Notes under the pieces: model-generated
Databases searched by the model: none
Seen by the model: only the letters and a program-made list of their open reading frames with translations
Told to the model about the DNA's origin: nothing
Part shown: one piece after another, positions 18,994 through 28,500 of the stretch
How positions within the stretch are numbered: position 1 is the first letter of the stretch
Layout of the letters: every line of letters begins with the position of its first letter
Translations under genes and position numbers: made by a program
Assembly: GCA_021736645.1 (NCBI GenBank)
Contig: JAIPFM010000051.1
Coordinates: 2,513 to 66,512, forward strand
Length of the DNA: 64,000 nucleotides
From: Phycisphaerae bacterium
GTDB taxonomy: Bacteria > Planctomycetota > Phycisphaerae > Sedimentisphaerales > Anaerobacaceae
Direction of reading: 5' to 3'

Positions 18994-21900
18994 ATGAAGT
19001 ACAGGGTGTTTCAGTCGTTTTCCTTTGGGTCCGTATGGGTGTGTGCAGTCCTGGGTATGATGCTGATGTTGGCGGAAGCCCTGGCTCAAGTGCCGGTGAT
19101 TAATGAATTTCTGGCTTATAATGATAGTGCTCTACCGCTGGAGGGGGGAGAACGACTGGATGAAGACGGCGATGCTTCAGACTGGATTGAGTTGTTCAAT
19201 CCCACCACTGAGGTGATTGACCTGCAGGGCTGGTCGCTCACGGACGACGCCGGTGACCTGACCCGATGGGCTTTGCCCCAGGTCGATCTTTGGCCAGGTC
19301 ACTTTTTGGTGATCTTTGCCTCAGGCAAGGACCGTATGAATCCGTCCACCGGCTTACATACGAATTTTCGATTGAGCCGTGTTCAGGGCTTCCTGGCCCT
19401 GGTCCACCCGGATGGGCAGACCATGGCCTCCTCCTTTGAGTACCCCGGCCAGTTGCGCAATGTGTCCTATGGCAGGGTAGAGGTGGCCCCTTCCTTGGGG
19501 GAGATCCTGGTTTCTGAAGGCGCCCAGGCCACTGTGGGATTACCGCTCATGGCGATGCAGGACGATACCTGGACTGAGCCCGATTACAATGACAGTGCGT
19601 GGCTCAGTACGACCACAGGCGTGGGGTATGGTTATGACGATGTCCTTGGTTTCGAGATCGAGTTCCTGCGTTACCTGTCCCCGGGGCTTTTCTGCCGGAT
19701 ACCATTCGAGGTGAGCGACCCGGCAGAATATGTGCGCCTGTTGCTGCGCATGAAATATGATGATGGCTTTGTGGCCTTTTTGAATGGGTTGCCCGTGGCC
19801 AGTGCCAATGCACCGGGGCCGGACCAGCTCGCATGGGACAGCCTTGCCTTGTCACGTCACGACAATGCCATGGCCTTGATGTACGAGGAGTTTGTCCTGC
19901 CCCAGGCAGGCCTGGATGCCCTGAGAACAGGGCACAATGTACTGGCCATCCATCAGTTGAATGTCACGGTGGACAGTGCCGGTCTTTTGTCGCTGCCCGA
20001 ACTGTGGGCCCAGCGGTCCGAGGACATCGAACAGGACCTCCCAAAGCAGGGCTACATGGTCCGCCCCACACCGGGGAGTGTGAATGCTGCAGGGTCCCTT
20101 GATTTTGTGCGGGACGTGACATTCAGTGCAGCGCACGGATTCTACGAGGACGCCTTTGCCCTGACCCTGACCACCATAACACCCTCTGCGCAGATCAGAT
20201 ACACCCTGGATGGGTCTACACCGACACTGACCCACGGCCAGATCTATGCAGGGCCGATCATCATGGATCACACCACGGTGGTTCGGGCGGTTGCGTTTAA
20301 ACAGGACTATCTGACCTCGAACGTCAGGACCCAGACCTATCTCTTTGCAGCGGACGTTGCAGTACAGTCGCCCAAGGGCGAAGCCCCTGCACCTGACTGG
20401 CCCGACCGCAATGTGAACGGCCAGGTCCTGGACTACGGCATGGACCCGGATGTGGTGAACAACCCGCGATGGGCCGATCTCATGGAAGAGGCCTTGCTGA
20501 GTATTCCCACGCTGTCTCTGGTGACCGACCTGGAGAATCTCTTTGATCCGCGCACGGGCATCTATGTGAATCCGGGCAACGATGGCCTGGCCTGGGAGCG
20601 ACGGACGTCTGTGGAGCTGATCGACCCTGACGGTACACCGGGTTTCGATCAGGATGCAGGCCTGCGCATCCGAGGGGCGTTCAGCCGCAGCAAGAGTAAT
20701 CCCAAGCATTCGTTCCGGCTGTTCTTTCGCAGTGACTATGGGGCCGGTAAGCTGGCCTACCCCTTGTTTGGCAGCGAAGGCGGCCGCGAATTCGATAAGG
20801 TTGATTTGCGCACCAGCCAGAACTACGCCTGGGCATTTGAAGGCAGCACGCAGAATACATTCCTGCGAGACGTATTTTCCAGAGATGTGCAGCGTGATAT
20901 GGGCCGGCCCTATACGCGGAGTCGCTACTATCATCTGTACCTGAATGGACAATATTGGGGACTCTATCAGACCGAAGAGCGCGCGGATGCGGATTTTGCC
21001 GAGTCCTATCTGGGAGGCCGTGCCCAGGACTATGATGTGATCAAGAACGATTCCTCGAGCTCGCGAGCCCTGCAGGCTACGGACGGCACCATGGAGGCCT
21101 ACCGCAGGCTGTACAATGCTGCCAAAGCAGGCTTTGCATCAAAACAGGCCTATATGGCCATCCAGGGATTACGCCCTGATGGGACCCCGGATCCAGCGGG
21201 TGAACGATTGCTCGATCCTGAAAACCTGATGGATTACATGATCTGCACCTACTACACCGGTGATCCTGATGCACCGGTCAGTTGCTGGGGGCACTTCTCG
21301 AACAATGTCTTTGCCATTTATAACCGTGTCACTTCCCAGGGATTCACCTGGTATCGCCATGATGCCGAACATTCCCTGGGTGCCAATGGCGGCCTCAATG
21401 AGGGCCGACTTCTCACCGATCCGACGGATCGTATGATCGGCAGCCAGTGGCAGCATTTTAATCCTGCCTGGCTCCACGTACGTTTGTGTGACAATCCGGA
21501 CTACCTCGCACAGTTTACTGACCGGGTCGCCGGGTACTTTACCAATGACGGATTATTGACGGCGTCTCACAATATTGCCCGGTGGATGGCGCGTGCCGAA
21601 CAGATTGACCTGGCCGTGATTGCCGAGTCTGCACGCTGGGGCGATGCCAAGCGTTCATCGCCTCTCACACGCGATGACTGGCAGGCCCAGACCGATAGCA
21701 TGGTTAATACGTACTTCCCCAATCGCACTGACATCGTGATCAACCAGATGCGTTCTGTGGCCATGTTCCCTGAGCCTGCACTGGTCTCATTCAATCAATC
21801 CGGCGGGGGCATTGTGCCGGGATTCCAATTGCTGATGTCACAGTCCAACGGCACGCCCGGGTCCATCTACTACACGCTGGATGGCTCTGATCCCCGCTTA

Positions 21901-23031
21901 CCGGACGGGACCGTGCATCCCAGAGCCGCCGTTTTCACGGACGAAACCACCGAGGCGGCGGTCATCATGCGCGGCGCCACCTGGAAGTATCTGGACAACG
22001 GTTCCAATCAGGGCACGGCCTGGCGAGAGGCGGATTTTGATGACAGCACCTGGCTGGCCGGCCGTGCGCCCCTGGGCTATGGAGATGGGGACGAAACCAC
22101 AGTGGTCGGGTATGGCCCCAATGCGGGCAGCAAATATCCAACCACCTACTTCCGGTCCACGTTCAACGTGGCGAACCCTGCAAGCCTCACCGAATTGACC
22201 CTGGGCCTGGTGCGTGATGATGGCGCTGTCATTTATGTCAACGGTGTGGAAGCCACGCCGCGTATCAACATGCCTGGAGGTGACATTGATTATCTCACCT
22301 GGGCATCGGGTTCAGGCGTGCCCGTGGGCGGTGCGGATGAATCAACAATGTACCCCTACGAGATCGATCCTGACCTGCTTGTGCCTGGCACCAATGTCAT
22401 GGCTGTGGAGATTCACCAGGCCAATGCCGGCAGTTCGGATATCAGCTTTGATTTGGAACTCACCGGATTGATGGCCAGCGCGGCTTCAGTGCCCATCATC
22501 CTGGACCGTACTACCATCGTGAACGCCAGGGTGTACAGTGGGGCACAATGGGGTGCCCTGGCCCGCACGCGATTCACCCTGGGTCTGGATGCCCTGGTCC
22601 TCAATGAAATCATGGCCAGCAACCTCACGACTCTGGAGGACCCTGGTGAGGCCGGCGAGTATCCCGATTGGATCGAGATCTACAATGGTTCAGCCTTCAC
22701 ACTGGACCTGGATGGCATGTTTCTGACGGATGACTTATCCAACCTGACCCAGTGGCAGATCGCGCCAGGCACGCGTCTCGGCGCAGGTCAGACCATGATC
22801 TTTTTTGCGGACAGTGATCCTCTGCAGGGCCCCAACCACATGAGCTTCAAACTCAGCAGTCAAGGCGAGACCCTGGCCCTGGTGGATACGGACGGTGTCA
22901 CCATTCTGGACTCAGCCGACTTTGGCATTCAAACGGATGACATCTCCTACGGTCGGTTCCCGGACGGCATGGACCCATGGGACTATCAAACGAACCCGAC
23001 ACCAGGTTTGCCGAACATGGCATCACCCTAA
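18994..23031 (+). CDS. giant secreted CotH-family (atypical kinase) protein with N- and C-terminal lamin-tail (LTD) domains, a CHB_HEX_C-like module and jelly-roll modules
   Basis: Signal peptide. LTD 'VINEFLAYND...DWIELFNPT'. CotH core '...RDVFSRDVQRDMGRPYTRSRYYHLYLNGQYWGLYQTEER'. Second LTD 'LVLNEIMASN...DWIEIYNGS'. Confidence 0.85.
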   Translation: MKYRVFQSFSFGSVWVCAVLGMMLMLAEALAQVPVINEFLAYNDSALPLEGGERLDEDGDASDWIELFNPTTEVIDLQGWSLTDDAGDLTRWALPQVDLWPGHFLVIFASGKDRMNPSTGLHTNFRLSRVQGFLALVHPDGQTMASSFEYPGQLRNVSYGRVEVAPSLGEILVSEGAQATVGLPLMAMQDDTWTEPDYNDSAWLSTTTGVGYGYDDVLGFEIEFLRYLSPGLFCRIPFEVSDPAEYVRLLLRMKYDDGFVAFLNGLPVASANAPGPDQLAWDSLALSRHDNAMALMYEEFVLPQAGLDALRTGHNVLAIHQLNVTVDSAGLLSLPELWAQRSEDIEQDLPKQGYMVRPTPGSVNAAGSLDFVRDVTFSAAHGFYEDAFALTLTTITPSAQIRYTLDGSTPTLTHGQIYAGPIIMDHTTVVRAVAFKQDYLTSNVRTQTYLFAADVAVQSPKGEAPAPDWPDRNVNGQVLDYGMDPDVVNNPRWADLMEEALLSIPTLSLVTDLENLFDPRTGIYVNPGNDGLAWERRTSVELIDPDGTPGFDQDAGLRIRGAFSRSKSNPKHSFRLFFRSDYGAGKLAYPLFGSEGGREFDKVDLRTSQNYAWAFEGSTQNTFLRDVFSRDVQRDMGRPYTRSRYYHLYLNGQYWGLYQTEERADADFAESYLGGRAQDYDVIKNDSSSSRALQATDGTMEAYRRLYNAAKAGFASKQAYMAIQGLRPDGTPDPAGERLLDPENLMDYMICTYYTGDPDAPVSCWGHFSNNVFAIYNRVTSQGFTWYRHDAEHSLGANGGLNEGRLLTDPTDRMIGSQWQHFNPAWLHVRLCDNPDYLAQFTDRVAGYFTNDGLLTASHNIARWMARAEQIDLAVIAESARWGDAKRSSPLTRDDWQAQTDSMVNTYFPNRTDIVINQMRSVAMFPEPALVSFNQSGGGIVPGFQLLMSQSNGTPGSIYYTLDGSDPRLPDGTVHPRAAVFTDETTEAAVIMRGATWKYLDNGSNQGTAWREADFDDSTWLAGRAPLGYGDGDETTVVGYGPNAGSKYPTTYFRSTFNVANPASLTELTLGLVRDDGAVIYVNGVEATPRINMPGGDIDYLTWASGSGVPVGGADESTMYPYEIDPDLLVPGTNVMAVEIHQANAGSSDISFDLELTGLMASAASVPIILDRTTIVNARVYSGAQWGALARTRFTLGLDALVLNEIMASNLTTLEDPGEAGEYPDWIEIYNGSAFTLDLDGMFLTDDLSNLTQWQIAPGTRLGAGQTMIFFADSDPLQGPNHMSFKLSSQGETLALVDTDGVTILDSADFGIQTDDISYGRFPDGMDPWDYQTNPTPGLPNMASP

Positions 23032-24167
23032 GAGGACTGCATGGATGCGGATCTGCGATCGCTTATGGTCTGAAGCGCTGCCCAAAGCAAACCGCAGACA
23101 AACCCGCCAATATGGGAAAACCAGCCAATACCGCCACCCTCAGTGTCCGTGGTGAGCATGCTGCTCAGGATTTGAAGGCCAAACCAGCCCAACAGATAAA
23201 ACACGGCAGGGATGTCCCAGATGAAACCCCACACATAGGTCTTGATGCGAGCCATGGGGAAGAACACCACATAAGCCCCCATGATGCCTGAGATGGCACC
23301 GCTGGCTCCAATGCTCGGCACAGTGGGGTCCGACGCGGTGACTGCATGCAGGATTGAGCCAGCCAATGCACTGGCCAGGTAGAGCCCGAGAAATTTCCAC
23401 CACCCCAACCTGTCTTCAATATTGTCTCCAAAGAGCCACAGAAAAAGCATGTTGCCCAGCAAATGCCAGAGGCTCCCATGTAGAAACGTCGAGGTGAACA
23501 GTCCAATGCCAAAGAAGTGGCTTGGGAGAAATCCAAACTGCGTCACAAAGCTCTCCACATCCTCAACCCATACCATCTGGCCCGCAAATACCAGGCAGCA
23601 CAACACAATCAGACTGATCGTGGCCCATGGTACGATGTCACAGGTTTCGTCATCTCCAAGCGGAAGAATGAACTTGGGCAAAAACATGAATCGAAGCAGA
23701 GAATTGCGAGTGCGGACTCCAGGGGGACTCAGGTTCTTGATCTTCTGAGACTCATGAACCTCCTCTGCCAGCGCCTGCCCCAGCGCAGCAGCCTTCGGGT
23801 CAGGTTTGACATGTTGCGCGATACGCACGGCCTTTCCTTCATCCGTCCAGATGCCCTCACAGGTCGGGCAACGATCCACAAACACGTTGGAATCATACGC
23901 GTAGTTGAACGCACGCATCGTGACATGGCAGCGCGGACATGTTTTGGGCAGGGCATTCAATTCCCGCTGAACATGGACTTCACGCCGCTTGAACAACTGA
24001 GTTTGGGTGGGTTGAATGTCCCCACTCTGAGACAGGGCCTTGACATAGGCGGGTAGCATTCCTGGATCAAACCACATGCCCCGGCAGGTCGGGCAGCTGT
24101 GAACCTCGCACCCAAGCAGGGACATGACATCCAAAGGGTCTGAGCAGGCAGGGCAGTGCATCGGCAT
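23028..24167 (-). CDS. rhomboid-family intramembrane serine protease with two N-terminal zf-TFIIB-like zinc ribbons
   Basis: Two 'CPxC...CPTC(R/E)G(M/I)W(F/T)D' ribbons. Rhomboid core with 'GASGAISG' (catalytic Ser) and 'HIGGF' (catalytic His). Confidence 0.85.
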   Translation of the reverse strand: MPMHCPACSDPLDVMSLLGCEVHSCPTCRGMWFDPGMLPAYVKALSQSGDIQPTQTQLFKRREVHVQRELNALPKTCPRCHVTMRAFNYAYDSNVFVDRCPTCEGIWTDEGKAVRIAQHVKPDPKAAALGQALAEEVHESQKIKNLSPPGVRTRNSLLRFMFLPKFILPLGDDETCDIVPWATISLIVLCCLVFAGQMVWVEDVESFVTQFGFLPSHFFGIGLFTSTFLHGSLWHLLGNMLFLWLFGDNIEDRLGWWKFLGLYLASALAGSILHAVTASDPTVPSIGASGAISGIMGAYVVFFPMARIKTYVWGFIWDIPAVFYLLGWFGLQILSSMLTTDTEGGGIGWFSHIGGFVCGLLWAALQTISDRRSASMQSS

Positions 24168-24183
24168 CTCTCAGTGACTCCTA

Positions 24184-24651
24184 TCAATCATTGGACCTGG
24201 AGGTACGCCGCCACATGAGCACCACCAACCAGAAGATGAAAACCCAGTTCGGCGTGTCCATCGAATCAGGAAGGTCCAGCACACAGGCTCGTGTCAGGAG
24301 ATGGTTGGGACGAATGGTACCGACAATCGTGCCGTGCTGGGTCAACTGAAATGTACGTCCGAACGGTGATCTGGCAGAGAGGATCATTGACTGCCCCCGG
24401 ATCTCGAGTCTGAATGTTCTGGTAAATGGACTGGTTTTTTTGGCACGGGCCATGGCCTGATCGTTTCGTGTCAGAAGGAAATCACCGGACCAGAATCCCT
24501 CCCTGCCCAAGTGAAACTGGGCATCGTTCCACTGAAATGTGCCCCCTTCCCTGAGCCATTTCAGGGTCAGGGTTGCCAGAAGGATCTCGTCCTCAAACAA
24601 ATCAAATCCCCAACTCAACATGTGTCTGGGTCTGGCTTTAAGTATTGACAT
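24184..24651 (-). CDS. hypothetical protein (PH/GRAM-like soluble region plus C-terminal TM helix), first gene of the rhomboid operon
   Basis: ORF sits 17 bp upstream of the rhomboid gene. The GTG at 24660 overlaps the repeat array, so the ATG at 24651 is preferred as start. Confidence 0.45.
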   Translation of the reverse strand: MSILKARPRHMLSWGFDLFEDEILLATLTLKWLREGGTFQWNDAQFHLGREGFWSGDFLLTRNDQAMARAKKTSPFTRTFRLEIRGQSMILSARSPFGRTFQLTQHGTIVGTIRPNHLLTRACVLDLPDSMDTPNWVFIFWLVVLMWRRTSRSND

Positions 24652-24655
24652 ATGC

Positions 24656-24722
24656 TTCACGGTTCACGGTTAAAGGGTTCACGGTTAAAGGATTCACGGT
24701 TAAAGGATTCACGGTTCCGGAT
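24656..24722. promoter_or_regulatory. array of TTCACGGTT boxes (one overlapping partial copy plus four full copies at exact 15-bp phase: TTCACGGTTAAAGGR)
   Basis: Direct repeats start at 24663, 24678, 24693 and 24708, with a partial copy at 24656 and an extra degenerate copy at 24828-24836. The array abuts the start of the 24184-24651 gene and follows the end of the giant-ATPase operon. Confidence 0.7.
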
Positions 24723-24851
24723 AGTGGCCACAGAAAAAGAACTTATCATTCTAGTTGTTCGTTTGAAGATCACCACTTCATCACGCGTTTCACCATAGGC
24801 CTGATTAGTGTCACGGGTTGTGTGACGTTCACGGTCCTCTCCTTTGGATCG

Positions 24852-25115
24852 TCAATGCCGTTCAGGCAATGCCGGCCACTTTGCAAATGCGATATAAAAA
24901 GGCAATACGATATTGGCAACCGGTACGAGCATCAGCAGAGACAGGACGCCTGGAAAACCGGCCTTGGAACAGATCTTCCAAAAGGGCAGCACTGTCAAGA
25001 GTGAAACGCCCACTGACACAAACAGGGTGATGAGCAGGATCACGATGATTTCAGTGCCTCCCACCACGGGAAAACTCATTGTCGGTTCCATAGCGCTAAT
25101 CTCCTGATTGGTCAT
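24852..25115 (-). CDS. small two-TM membrane protein (PLDc_N-like?)
   Basis: Hydrophobic 87-aa ORF. 4-bp overlap with the upstream DUF4177 gene. Confidence 0.5.
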   Translation of the reverse strand: MTNQEISAMEPTMSFPVVGGTEIIVILLITLFVSVGVSLLTVLPFWKICSKAGFPGVLSLLMLVPVANIVLPFYIAFAKWPALPERH

Positions 25116-25381
25116 GACAATTGTCGTTTAAAAATGACAACCACGTCGCGTGTTTCGCCATAAGATTTATTCGTGTCAAATGCTGAAACAAGTTCCCACC
25201 CCTGACGTCCCAGATCATTCATAAAAGCATCAAGTGTTGACTCATCAAATTTGCCACCCAAAAATCCAGTGGCCGCAAGTTTTATAGTTTTGTATTCCCA
25301 TTTTGCATTCATAAAAGTCCTTTTATAATGAGCCGTTTCACGGGCTGATTCAATAGATCCCTCAATGCTTCGAGATGACAA
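25112..25381 (-). CDS. DUF4177-domain protein
   Basis: 'WEYKTIKLAATGF...LGRQGWELVSA' matches the DUF4177 pattern. Confidence 0.6.
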   Translation of the reverse strand: MSSRSIEGSIESARETAHYKRTFMNAKWEYKTIKLAATGFLGGKFDESTLDAFMNDLGRQGWELVSAFDTNKSYGETRDVVVIFKRQLS

Positions 25382-25541
25382 GTCGTGGTGTACGGTTGCT
25401 CTTGTTGATTCACCTCGACTCTGTCATGCCGCCTGTCCCTTGGGGGAACGTACGTGAGACATCTGTTGAAACAGCATTGCGCAGCAATTCAAAATCCATT
25501 CAAAGTTCTCGGTTCTAAGTCCTAGGTCCCGCGTTCCATCT

Positions 25542-28500
25542 TTATCCCTCAGTCTTGGGCGGCTTCCTCTTCCCTTCAGCCTTCCGCCTTGCCCCTCGGG
25601 GGCTTCCACTCCCCTGGGGACCTGCGGCTTCAGCCTTGTTAACTGATCCCTGATCCCGAACTCCTGACCCCTGTTTTTTCGCATTCAGCACCTCGATCAG
25701 TTTCTGATACCCCTTGACCATGCCCTCGAATCGCTGCGTGAGTTCCCCTATGACCTTGTCTTTGTCTTTTCTCTCGCCGTGAGTCATGGGCATGAGCCAG
25801 GTCTCCATGGCGTGGAATTGTTCTTCCAGGACTGCCACGAGGTTATGTGCGTCCTGGGTCTGCTTGAGCGTCTGCTGCGTCTTGGCCAGGTCAGTCTGAA
25901 GGGTCTGGCTGTGTTTCACTTCCTGGATGAGTTGAGTCATTTGAGCGAGGACGGCTTGGGCGGTTTGTTTGAGGTCGTTGGTTTCTGCTGCGGGTTTTTG
26001 GGGTGAAGCCATGGATGTGACGCCTGTAGCAATGGCGTCCTTGATGTGGTCCAGGCCCTGCGTGACGCTGGTGAGTTGGCCCATGAGGCGGGTCATGCTG
26101 TCCGAGCCTTCACCCCCGAGCAGGAGGTTGCGCTGGAATGTCTTCTTGATGTCATTCCAGCGTTGAGTGTGTTCTTCTGTGAGACGGCCCACGAGTTCTC
26201 GGAACTTGAGGAGGTTGGCTTCTGCACCGCTGGTGAGTGTCTGTGCGTCCTGTTCGTAGGCAGAGACAATCAACGTCCAGAGTTCTTCGTCATTCATCAT
26301 GGGCAGGACTCGCCCGCCGATGCGGTTCATGTTTCTGTAAGAGCCCTGGAGCAGGAAGGGCGGTTCCGTGCGGTAGGCAGAGGACTGGCCTGCGGACCGG
26401 ATGTACTCGGTATTGACCCTGAGCACCACGTCGCGCACCACAAAGAGCTTTTTCATGCAGGCCACATATTCCGCAATTTCTTCGACTGTGTAGTTGCCTT
26501 CAAAGTCGATGCCTTCCTGGGATCCGGTTTGAGCGATCTTCATGATGGCGTACGCGTCTGTCTGGCTGCGGCGCGTGAGACCTTCCAGCACGGGATTTGA
26601 AATGAGGCAGTTTTCGATGTAGCTCTGCGCGAACGGGTCGTAATTGTCGCCCACAATGTCACCGATGTTGTACGTGTCTGCGCGGTTGGCGAGCATGTCC
26701 GGGATCTTGAAGCGTTCGCCGCTTTCCGTGTAGGGGTTGCCTGCCATGATCACGCACACGCGCTTGCCCCGCAGGTCGTACGTGCGGGGCTGGCCCCTGA
26801 ACACGCCCTCCACGCGCCGCTGCGCATCGCACAGGGAGATGAACTTCTGCAGGAACTCGGGGTTGGTGTGCTGGATGTCGTCCACGTAGATCATGACATT
26901 GTCGCCCATTTCAAAGGCGAGGTTGAGCTTGTTGAGTTCTTCGCGTGCCGTGGCATTGGGCGCCTCAGCCGGATCAAAGGACAACACGCGGTGGCCAATG
27001 GCAGGGCCGTTGATCTTCATGAAGGTCAGGCCCAGGCGGTTGGCTGTGTATTCCATCAGCGTGGTTTTGCCATAACCGGGCGGGGAGATGAGCAGGAGCA
27101 TGCCCTGGTGGTCGGTGCGTTTGGTGACACCTTCTGCCCCGATCTGCTTGGCCAGATTGTCACCGATCAGGGGCAGGTAGATCTTGTCAATGAGCTGATT
27201 GCGCACGAAGGTGGTCATCACACGCGGCTTGAAGTCCTCCAGATGCAGTTTCTGGCTCATGCATTGGACAAGGGTATTGCGCAGGGTCTGGAACTGATGG
27301 AACCTGGGGACTGTGTGCGTGTCGTGGTGGCGCAGACGCGTCATGAAGCGGCAGTAGTGGAGTGCGTACACCTGGTCTTGGATCCGGGCGTGCGAACCGA
27401 CCATGTCCGGGATCTCGCACAGGACGCTCTGAAGGATGACCTGGCGTTCTGGAAAGTCACCCGGCAGGAGCAGGGCTGCGAGTTCGTCTGCGTATTCGGC
27501 CTGGTCCCGGCCCATCAGAAAGGATCTGGTCCAGTCACGGATCACACGCAGGCACTGAACTGGCGAGTCTGTGAGATCTTTGATGGACTGGGCAAAGGCC
27601 TGCGTATACTGCTTGGCAGCCAGGTGCTGCTCAAAGGTCTGCTTGAGATCCAGAACAGTTTTGTCTGTGACAAACGCAGGCCCCTGACAGAGTTGGTGGA
27701 ACAGGTACTCGGCTGCCTCTGCCACGAGAGTATCAGCGAAGAGATGGGTGTCCTCAATGAACTGCTGCAGATTCATGCGCAGTTCCTGAAGGTAGCTGTC
27801 CAAGGCATCGCCCGTGCCAAACAAACTGTGGGCGTGACCCATGCCGGTGATCTTGGCAGACATGAGGTCTCTGGTCGGTAGATCAGCCAGATGCCAGAAG
27901 GCCCAGGCCAGTGTGCGTGCCGAGGTACTGTAGCGGAGCAGGCCAATGGCCGGTTCCAGTGTGAGCAGGCCCTTCAGGATCAGGGCTGCATCATGGTCGT
28001 GCACGCCCTTGACATACCCTTCGTTATAGCGTGGGCCCATAAAGGTCTGCACGCGATGTGTGATGTCTTCGACGGAGGACTTCCTCAGGGGTTCGACTTC
28101 AGAGGCTGCCAGGGACAAACGCATGACATAGGCCAGGTATTCGGCACGGTACACATCCAGTGTTTCAGACGCGACCTCCAGGTGCCACACATCCCGGGTT
28201 TCATTCAGAGTCTCATCTTCGATCCGTTCAAAAAAGCCGGTGCTGGTCAGGTGAAAAAAGAAACCATCATCCTTTTGTACGAGCGTGCCGGTCAGGGTCT
28301 GCTTGTTCACGCTGAACCGATGTACTCCCAGACGGATGAGTGTGTCACCGTCTTCGTACAGGGCGAGTCGGTCTTTGAGCTGGCGCACGACATCCTGGTG
28401 GATGGTCTTGAGGCGTCCCTTGATGTCATCCGCCTTGACTGAGTCACCCAGGTCCGTGAGCTTGGCAATGGTGTCACGCACCCGTTCGATCATGATGTCC

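Noticed and set aside
19852-20952. 366-aa antisense ORF within LTD-CotH gene 1
   Set aside because: No motifs. The opposing strand carries conserved CotH blocks.
24650-24722. Possibility that the 15-bp tandem repeats are a CRISPR array
   Set aside because: The units are contiguous 15-mers with no 25-40-bp unique spacers, and no cas genes are nearby. Regulatory direct repeats fit better.
26868-27881. 337-aa and other + strand ORFs (25779-30935 region) inside the giant ATPase gene
   Set aside because: They are fully embedded antisense to a 5.3-kb ORF with clear AAA+ motifs. No RBS or domain evidence.
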